Source: Promethearchaeota archaeon (lineage in GTDB: Archaea > Asgardarchaeota > Odinarchaeia > Odinarchaeales > JBHLKK01). From it: DNA of 7,157 bases. The stretch covers positions 1-7,157 of the forward strand of contig JBHLPL010000101.1 of NCBI GenBank assembly GCA_048939465.1, read 5' to 3'. Both the position numbers and the translations under genes were made by a program. Of the stretch, positions 1-5,697 are shown piece by piece (within the stretch, counting starts at the first letter, position 1; each line of letters starts with the position of its first letter). The notes beneath the pieces are model-generated. The model saw only the letters and a list, made by a program, of their open reading frames with translations. It had not been told where the DNA came from and searched no databases.

Positions 1-9
1 TTTTGTTTT

Positions 10-25
10 CAGAAAGATTTAAAAG
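10..25 (+). promoter_or_regulatory. Putative archaeal BRE + TATA box for the histone gene
   Basis: CAGAAAG (10-16, purine-rich, BRE-like) directly followed by ATTTAAAA (17-24), about 60 nt upstream of the ATG at 84. This implies a leadered mRNA that includes the GGAGGA Shine-Dalgarno at 71-76. Confidence 0.5.
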
Positions 26-83
26 AAACAAGCATAAATACTAAGTGCAAATGGTTTAGTATATTAAATCGGAGGATTAAAAA

Positions 84-299
84 ATGGCTACTAAGTTGAC
101 GAATGCACGCGTTGAAAGAATAATGAGGGAGACAGGGAAGAAGGAAAAAATTCCTCGTGTGTCTGCGGATGCAGTTGTCGCAATGAATGATGCTGCAACC
201 AAGTACATCCGAAGTGTTTGCGTAGCTGCAGCAGCTCTGGCAAAGAAAGACCGACGCAAAACCGTCTTGCAGCGAGATATTGAGCAATCCTCAAAATAG
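84..299 (+). CDS. Archaeal histone (HMf/CBFD_NFYB_HMF-type histone fold), divergent variant, 71 aa
   Basis: Aligns by eye to HMfB: L..A.V.RI...G, RVS.DA, LA....RKTV...DIE, with HMfB R10, R19, R52, T54 and D59 equivalents conserved. SD GGAGGA at 71-76, ATG at 84, TAG at 297-299. Confidence 0.92.
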   Translation: MATKLTNARVERIMRETGKKEKIPRVSADAVVAMNDAATKYIRSVCVAAAALAKKDRRKTVLQRDIEQSSK

Positions 300-322
300 G
301 CACAAAACTCCCTTACGCATCC

Positions 323-349
323 TTTTTTTGAGACTACACTATCTTTTTT
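323..349 (+). terminator. Oligo-T archaeal terminator(s) after the histone gene
   Basis: T7 at 323-329 and T6 at 344-349, 24-50 nt after the stop codon. Confidence 0.6.
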
Positions 350-552
350 CTGATTCTGGTGAGGTTAGTATCCTGGCATCAATTGGAAAGATATTTTTTG
401 CGATTTATGCAAGAGGTCTGTGCCCAAGGTCATTTTGGAATACGGTCCTTATGATACTCCCAATCGCGACAGGAGAAAAATGCGGAATCCTTAAATGTTA
501 TTTTGTGCAATAGTTTATTAGGAGTCCAAAGAATGTCGCGGGAGACTGCTAA

Positions 553-1110
553 ATGCTGCTAAACAATGCGTTATTCAAGGTAATTGTCACCGGAGAGGGC
601 GGTGTTGGAAAAACCTGCCTTGTTCAGCGGTACACTGTTGGAACCTTCTATCACACCAGAACGACCATTGGGGTAGGATTTGCGACAGCTAAAATCGATC
701 TCGATGGAAGAGACATAAGGCTCCAAGTGTGGGACTTTGGTGGTGAAGAGCGTTTTAGAAGACTCCTTCCATCTTTCTGCAGAGGGGCGAGTGGTGCGTT
801 AGTTTTATTCGACTTGACCAGATTTCCCACTTTTCTTCATCTCGATGAATGGATAAATCTCATACGAGATAATACGGACAACGTACCTCTGGTCTTGGTG
901 GGATCAAAAGCTGATCTTGAGAATATGAGAGCTATCGCCAGAGAGCATGTTGCCAAACTGATGAGAAAATACAATATTGAACACTATTACGAGGTTTCTT
1001 CGAAGGATGGAATAAACATAGAGGTAGTTTTTATTCAAATGGCTAAACTAATAGTTAGCTCATTTGAAGCCGTCAATTCGAATCATCAACACGGCATAAT
1101 AAGCATATAA
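553..1110 (+). CDS. Rab-like (Ras superfamily) small GTPase, Asgard type, 185 aa
   Basis: G1 GEGGVGKT, G2 TTIGV, G3 WDFGGEE, G4 SKAD, G5 SSKDG. Rab-family-like motifs IGVGF, RLQVW, RFR, FCRGA, VLFDLT. SD GGGAG at 540-544. In-frame TAA immediately before the ATG. No C-terminal Cys. Confidence 0.95.
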   Translation: MLLNNALFKVIVTGEGGVGKTCLVQRYTVGTFYHTRTTIGVGFATAKIDLDGRDIRLQVWDFGGEERFRRLLPSFCRGASGALVLFDLTRFPTFLHLDEWINLIRDNTDNVPLVLVGSKADLENMRAIAREHVAKLMRKYNIEHYYEVSSKDGINIEVVFIQMAKLIVSSFEAVNSNHQHGIISI

Positions 1111-1124
1111 TAAGGAGGCACAGA

Positions 1125-2111
1125 TTGTTGAGTATAACTGACCAAGACTTCCTAAAGACAAAGCAGCCGGTCACGTGTGATATTTGCGGAGAAAAGTTTA
1201 GCATAAAAATCGAAAAGGACTATCTTAACGATGTTAAGCGCTTTCCTTTCTCCTACACGTTTGTACATGGTGCACCACCTCACGCAGTTGTAGTGTATCT
1301 TGACAAGGATTTAAACGTCCGTGGAACTGAGACGTCTGATCTAACAAGCATAAAGAGCGGTGAATTAGATTCTCCTGCAGTAAATGTTACCCCAGAGACT
1401 CGTCCTATTCTTTCAAGACGTGATATTGGAAAGCTAGAAATGGACGGAGAAACAGTCTTTATACTCCGAGAGGTTGACGGCAAACTCACAGTTGAGGAAA
1501 TCGCTAAGAAGGTCAAAATGGACGTAGACAAAGCTTGTCAGAAGGTTCAGTATTTGGTTGACTCGGGTGTTCTGATGCCGCTACTACCCACTGATCTCTG
1601 CAATGTGGACTACCATCGAATTTACGAACTCGTACCCCCTTATGACACAAACAATGTAACAATGACTGCTGGTGCCCAAAGAAGTTCTGAAACATGCACA
1701 ATTCTCAGCAATCTTGATAAGAACTACACTGTTCTGGAAATTGCTCAAGGTCTCAAAAAGGTTGGCTTTCATAAGTCTCCTCAAGATGTCCTAGAGACAT
1801 TAGAATATTTCAGAGCCAGGGATGTGGTTCGAGTAAAAGGCTTGACGAAAACAGATATACCGGAGGACTGGAAGGATCCAGTGTTCAATCAAGTACCAAG
1901 ATTCGCAGACGGGATAGATGAAGAAAGCATACTTAAGAAGGTGGGAATTCGAGACAAGACACACTATTTCATTATCAGGAACATCGGGAAAAGGAGTATA
2001 TTGGAGATTACTTTGGGCTTGATAGGGCTCGGCATAGAAACAAATCCTAGGAAAGTGCTGGAAACAGTAAGGAAGTATCAGAAACAGGGCTTAGTGTATG
2101 CCACTTTTTAG
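1125..2111 (+). CDS. Uncharacterised 328-aa protein: N-terminal putative C2H2 zinc-binding domain plus three winged-helix-like repeats
   Basis: Long ORF with a TTG start 6 nt after a strong AAGGAGG SD (1112-1118) and 14 nt after the GTPase stop. CDIC...HGAPPH...VYLDKDLNVR at aa 18-66. Three repeats of the pattern IL..[IL/V].....[TS][VI].EI...........[VA]...[VL].......G/D.V. Confidence 0.85.
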   Translation: MLSITDQDFLKTKQPVTCDICGEKFSIKIEKDYLNDVKRFPFSYTFVHGAPPHAVVVYLDKDLNVRGTETSDLTSIKSGELDSPAVNVTPETRPILSRRDIGKLEMDGETVFILREVDGKLTVEEIAKKVKMDVDKACQKVQYLVDSGVLMPLLPTDLCNVDYHRIYELVPPYDTNNVTMTAGAQRSSETCTILSNLDKNYTVLEIAQGLKKVGFHKSPQDVLETLEYFRARDVVRVKGLTKTDIPEDWKDPVFNQVPRFADGIDEESILKKVGIRDKTHYFIIRNIGKRSILEITLGLIGLGIETNPRKVLETVRKYQKQGLVYATF

Positions 2112-2130
2112 GCGTACACGGCCTCTCAAC

Positions 2131-2143
2131 TTTTTCCATTTTT
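2131..2143 (+). terminator. Possible oligo-T terminator after the GTPase/328-aa bicistron
   Basis: TTTTT-CCA-TTTTT 20-32 nt after the TAG at 2109-2111. Confidence 0.45.
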
Positions 2144-2222
2144 CTCAATAATACTTAATAATGCACGATACCATAATCTGATTTGCAAAGTTTAGCTGTG
2201 ACACGTCAGGGAGGAAGAAATT

Positions 2223-2495
2223 GTGAGCAGACCAGAGAATGTGAGATGTACGTGTAAATTGTGCGAAACCATCATTAATGTTCCAGTTCCAGAAGACTTT
2301 GATGCCAGTGAAGGGGGGGTTGCTCCGATTATGTACGTTCATGGGAATCCCCCACACACGATAATTGTGTACGTGGATGTGAATCTAGCGGTTAGAAGTA
2401 GCTTCGTTGTTAAGACCACCGATCCCAAAAAAGCGTTGACTGAGCTCAGAAAGAAATCACTCAAAAGAATGGTAAAACGTGTTAAATCACTTTAG
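2223..2495 (+). CDS. Uncharacterised 90-aa protein: stand-alone paralogue of the putative C2H2 zinc-binding domain plus a basic amphipathic C-terminal helix
   Basis: GTG start 8 nt after SD AGGGAGG (2208-2214). CKLC...HGNPPH...VYVDVNLAVR clearly matches the N-terminus of the 328-aa ORF, which argues that both ORFs are real genes. Confidence 0.85.
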   Translation: MSRPENVRCTCKLCETIINVPVPEDFDASEGGVAPIMYVHGNPPHTIIVYVDVNLAVRSSFVVKTTDPKKALTELRKKSLKRMVKRVKSL

Positions 2496-2522
2496 ATATG
2501 TGAGCTTGTCCGGCAGGATATT

Positions 2523-2545
2523 GAGAAAAGAGGAAAGGAGAAAAA
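2523..2545 (-). terminator. Pyrimidine/oligo-T tract terminating the por operon
   Basis: Minus strand reads TTTTTCTCCTTTCCTCTTTTCTC starting 6 nt after the porB stop. Confidence 0.5.
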
Positions 2546-2551
2546 TAACTC

Positions 2552-3517
2552 CTATTTCTCGCCACATCGCCTCAGTAGTAGGTCCCAGTTTTGGTCAACA
2601 TGCGTTTGAATCTGATTGATAATATCATTGCGTCTCTCTGGTCTGAACAGATGTCTAAAGCGACCTTGAAGATTTAAGAACTCTTCTACCGGCTTCTTTC
2701 TCTCTGGTTTTCTAACTATTATCTTGCTTGGCGTAGATAGTCTGTAAACGGATTTTCCATTCTCAAAAACTGCCTCCCAAAGCGGAAAGAAACAGGTTTC
2801 AACTGCTACTCTTGCAATCTTCACTGATATGGCCGAATCGTGACGCCATCCTCTCTGGCACGAAGTGAAGAAGTGTAAGAACGCCGGACCTTCTGCATCA
2901 TATGCCGTCTGGGCTTTCTGCATCAAATCTCTCCAATAAGCAGGGGATGCTGTCGCAACGTAAGGTATCTCGTGTTCAACTGCAATTCTTGCAATGGGCT
3001 TTTTCCATTCAACTTTCCCTGGAAGGACCTTGCCGGCGGGGCTCGTCGTCGTCCAAGCGTAGCGAGACGTACCGCCACTTCTCTGGATGCCGGTATTCAT
3101 GTATGCTTCGTTATCGAGCAACACATACACAAAATCGTGTCCTCTTTCTAGGGCTCCAGACAGGGCTTGAATGCCGATGTCAATCGTGCCTCCATCTCCA
3201 GCCAGCGCGACAACATTGATATGTTTTTTCAGTTTCCCACGCCTTCTAAAGCTTTTAAGAGCAGCTTCCACGCCACTTGCTGTCGAAGCTGCATTCTCAA
3301 ACGCACAATGAATCCACGGTATTTTCCAAGAAGTATAAGGATAGATGCTGGTTGAGACCTCAAGACAGCCTGTTGCGCTGACTGCTATAATGGGATCCTT
3401 GCTGGCTTTTATAAGGAGTCTTGTTGATGTTCCCTCCCCACATCCCGGGCATAGTCTATGACCTCCAGAAAGCAATTCCTCAGCGGATTCTGCTATTTCC
3501 TTTGGCTTCAGTGACAT
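2552..3517 (-). CDS. porB: Pyruvate (2-oxoacid):ferredoxin oxidoreductase beta subunit (TPP-binding)
   Basis: HRLCPGCG, TGCLEV, TPP motif GDGG..DIG...LSGA..RG....Y..LDNEAYMNTGIQRS, C..GW. SD GGGGGTGA at 3527-3534. Starts 1 nt after the porA stop. Confidence 0.93.
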   Translation of the reverse strand: MSLKPKEIAESAEELLSGGHRLCPGCGEGTSTRLLIKASKDPIIAVSATGCLEVSTSIYPYTSWKIPWIHCAFENAASTASGVEAALKSFRRRGKLKKHINVVALAGDGGTIDIGIQALSGALERGHDFVYVLLDNEAYMNTGIQRSGGTSRYAWTTTSPAGKVLPGKVEWKKPIARIAVEHEIPYVATASPAYWRDLMQKAQTAYDAEGPAFLHFFTSCQRGWRHDSAISVKIARVAVETCFFPLWEAVFENGKSVYRLSTPSKIIVRKPERKKPVEEFLNLQGRFRHLFRPERRNDIINQIQTHVDQNWDLLLRRCGEK

Positions 3518-3518
3518 T

Positions 3519-4736
3519 CTACTCTCTCACCCCCAGATATTGAACTGTCTCTTTGACCTCCCCGGTCTTAGCAGTTCTCAGTCCTTCTTTGAAGGATTTT
3601 CTAATGAGTTCTTGAGGCACATCACGGCCACCTAGGCCATATATGTAATTCTTTATGATTGGCTTTTCTTCCTCTTCATAGAACATCGATCTCAGTTCGT
3701 TGAATACTGGACCTCCATATCCTCCTGGTACTGAGCTTCTATCTAGAACCACTACCACCTTGACGTTCTTCAATGCCTCCAGCAATCTCTCACGCGGGAA
3801 AGGTCTGAATACCCTGAGCTTCAGCGATCCAACTTTTGCCCCCTCGGCCTTCATGGTTTTTGCCACATATCTAGTTGTACCAGATGTTGAGCCTAAACTC
3901 AAGACCGCCACTTCTGCATCTTCCAATCCGTATTGATCAATGACACCGTAGGTTCTTCCAGACAGTTCCCCGTATTCTTTATCAATCTCATCAATAACCT
4001 TTTCGACATCATTCATTGCCAGGATTTGCTGTAGTTTGATTTCAAAGTAGTAGTCTGTCAGCGCCAGATCTCCGAAGCTTAATGGATTCTCAGGGTTTAA
4101 GGCGTAGGGGACTTTTTTTCCTCCCACATCCACCTCTGAAATCTCTTTATCTCCTATGAAATCCTTGACTATTTCATCTGGAAGTGTAGCCACATTCTCC
4201 AACGTATGGCTTAAAACAAAGCCATCCAACGTATCCATAACTGGCAACTGAACCTTGGGGTGTTCGGCTATTCGCCATGCTTGGATTGTAGTATCATATG
4301 CTTCTTGGCTATTTTCGCAGTAGATCTGTACCCACCCACTGTCCCTAGCTCCCATCGTATCTGAATGATCACAGTGAATGTTTATTGGTGCCGATAGTGA
4401 ACGATTCACAACAGTCATGACTATTGGCAGACGCAGCCCTGCTGCTATATAGAGGATTTCCCACATCAATGCCAACCCCTGGCTGGCAGTCGCAGTATAC
4501 GCTCTTCCTCCAACGGCAGCTGCGCCCACGCATGCAGACAAAGCCGAGTGTTCCGATTCTACAGGAACGAACTCGGTATTCACTTCTCCATCTGCGACAT
4601 ATTCAGAAAATCTTTCAACGATTATTGTTTGGGGTGTTATCGGATAAGCAGCCACAACATCTGGATCGCATTGCTTTGCCGCGAATGCTGCAGCCTCATC
4701 CCCATTTAAAGCTAAGATCTTTTGTTTCACGACCAT
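3519..4736 (-). CDS. porA: Pyruvate (2-oxoacid):ferredoxin oxidoreductase alpha subunit
   Basis: AAYPITPQT, ESEHSA, TATASQGL, HCDHSD.M, DGFVLSH, YGLGGRD. ATG at 4736 preferred because SD AAGGAGTGA lies 8 nt upstream; the alternative GTG at 4745 overlaps the porD stop. Confidence 0.93.
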   Translation of the reverse strand: MVVKQKILALNGDEAAAFAAKQCDPDVVAAYPITPQTIIVERFSEYVADGEVNTEFVPVESEHSALSACVGAAAVGGRAYTATASQGLALMWEILYIAAGLRLPIVMTVVNRSLSAPINIHCDHSDTMGARDSGWVQIYCENSQEAYDTTIQAWRIAEHPKVQLPVMDTLDGFVLSHTLENVATLPDEIVKDFIGDKEISEVDVGGKKVPYALNPENPLSFGDLALTDYYFEIKLQQILAMNDVEKVIDEIDKEYGELSGRTYGVIDQYGLEDAEVAVLSLGSTSGTTRYVAKTMKAEGAKVGSLKLRVFRPFPRERLLEALKNVKVVVVLDRSSVPGGYGGPVFNELRSMFYEEEEKPIIKNYIYGLGGRDVPQELIRKSFKEGLRTAKTGEVKETVQYLGVRE

Positions 4737-4741
4737 CCGTA

Positions 4742-5011
4742 TCACTCCTTAATCATGGTTATCGCATCAACGGGACATTCTTCAGCACAGACACCGCACC
4801 CCTTGCAGAAATTATAATCAAAAGTGATCTTTTTCCCGTCCCATTTCACCGCCATGTCCGGACAATAAAGCCAACATAGCATGCACGTTGTACATTTCTC
4901 ATGATCTATCACCGGTTTGAATGTACGCCAATCACCTGTGTGATACTCCTCGCTGGACTTCCACGCAACTCCACCCATTGGTATTTCCTTCGATCCCTTC
5001 TTCTCAATCAC
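4742..5011 (-). CDS. porD: Pyruvate (2-oxoacid):ferredoxin oxidoreductase delta subunit (2x[4Fe-4S] ferredoxin-like)
   Basis: TGDWRTFKPVID, CTTCMLCWLYCP and CKGCGVCAEECP. GTG at 5011 (9 nt after GGAGG at 5021-5025, overlapping the end of porG) is preferred over the ATG at 5029; the start is uncertain. Confidence 0.9.
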   Translation of the reverse strand: MIEKKGSKEIPMGGVAWKSSEEYHTGDWRTFKPVIDHEKCTTCMLCWLYCPDMAVKWDGKKITFDYNFCKGCGVCAEECPVDAITMIKE

Positions 5012-5576
5012 TCTCTTCTGCCTCCTCATACGCTCTTGTGATTAGGTTGACATTCATTTCTCCAACCTTTCCCCTAAATCGCTCTTTGGTTGCGTTCAAT
5101 ACGCTGTCCAGTTTCGCATATCCTGTTGCTCTGATTAGAGCTCCAATCATCGCTGTACTGGTAATCTCCCGTCCTAGAATTTCGACAGAGAGATCAGTAG
5201 CCGGTATCGCCCAGATTTTCTGTGATTTGAGCAGTTTAATCCTCTTCTTCAGGTCTGTTGGAGAGTCTCTTGAATTCACTATTATACTGCCTTCTTTGAC
5301 CAGCCCATCAGCGACGTCAACCGCGTCGAGCAGTGTAGGGTCCAAAACCACAACGCTGTCTGGTTCGTAAATACCACAATGAAGATCTATTGGATTATTC
5401 GAAATACGGACATATGCCTCCACAGGAGCACCACTTCGCTCAGGCCCGAATGCCGGAAAGGACTGTGTGTATCTGCCTTCGTTGATCACTGCCTTTGCCA
5501 GTATCTGTGTCGCGGTCCAAGCACCTTGACCACCTCTACCGTGAAATCTTATCTCTATGATCTTGTCCGCAGACAC
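5004..5576 (-). CDS. porG: Pyruvate (2-oxoacid):ferredoxin oxidoreductase gamma subunit
   Basis: EIRFHGRGGQGA, SFPAFGPERSGAPV, IYEPD.VVVLDPTL. GTG start with SD GGAGG at 5584-5588. Confidence 0.93.
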   Translation of the reverse strand: MSADKIIEIRFHGRGGQGAWTATQILAKAVINEGRYTQSFPAFGPERSGAPVEAYVRISNNPIDLHCGIYEPDSVVVLDPTLLDAVDVADGLVKEGSIIVNSRDSPTDLKKRIKLLKSQKIWAIPATDLSVEILGREITSTAMIGALIRATGYAKLDSVLNATKERFRGKVGEMNVNLITRAYEEAEESD

Positions 5577-5627
5577 TAAATCGCCTCCATACTATTAGAT
5601 TAACCATACACCGTGAAATTGGAAGAT

Positions 5628-5641
5628 AGATATAACACTTG
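5628..5641 (-). promoter_or_regulatory. Possible TATA box of the por operon
   Basis: Minus strand CAAGTGTTATATCT, with TTATAT at 5635-5630, about 55 nt upstream of the porG start and downstream of the nad terminator. Confidence 0.35.
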
Positions 5642-5656
5642 TGCTGAGAGAGGAGC

Positions 5657-5684
5657 AAAAAAACACCAAATCACGGCTCCGTGA
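5657..5684 (-). terminator. Hairpin plus T7 terminator after nadC
   Basis: Minus strand TCACG-GAGC-CGTGA (5684-5671) followed by TTTGGTGTTTTTTT (T7 at 5663-5657), beginning 13 nt after the nadC stop. Confidence 0.55.
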
Positions 5685-5697
5685 GGGACTTCATATC

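Noticed and set aside
9-303. Three - strand ORFs (9-287, 77-259, 91-303) opposite the histone
   Set aside because: Antisense shadows of a well-supported gene, with no motifs.
297-353. Amber (pyrrolysine-type) read-through of the histone TAG, given the many TAG stops
   Set aside because: The extension (AQNSLTHPFFETTLSFF) crosses the T-tracts and is not histone-like. TAG ends porA, porB and nadA at their expected C-termini, and no pyl genes are visible.
471-494. Second mini-ORF MRNP* (480-494) after AGGAG
   Set aside because: SD spacing is only 4 nt, it is four codons long, and it probably lies upstream of the TSS.
280-513. 77-aa + strand ORF between the histone and the GTPase
   Set aside because: TTG start inside the histone gene with no SD, runs through the oligo-T terminators, and has no recognisable motif.
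300-552. Possible ncRNA (C/D box sRNA, tRNA) in the 253-nt intergenic region
   Set aside because: No correctly ordered RUGAUGA/CUGA pair, no cloverleaf, and only weak 4-bp inverted repeats such as TTGC..GCAA at 398-412.
1280-2357. - strand ORFs 1280-1531, 1513-1701, 1584-1784 and 2145-2357
   Set aside because: They overlap the better-supported + strand genes and have no SD or motif support.
2902-5579. Alternative-frame or antisense ORFs within the por operon (2902-3219, 3167-3355, 3700-3936, 4424-4879, 4921-5370, 5379-5579)
   Set aside because: Shadow ORFs of conserved enzyme genes with low-complexity, motif-free translations.
5577-5697. A single nadA-nadC-porGDAB operon coupling NAD synthesis to pyruvate oxidation
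   Set aside because: The 121-nt gap holds a hairpin plus T7 terminator and a separate TATA-like element, so co-orientation alone does not support co-transcription.
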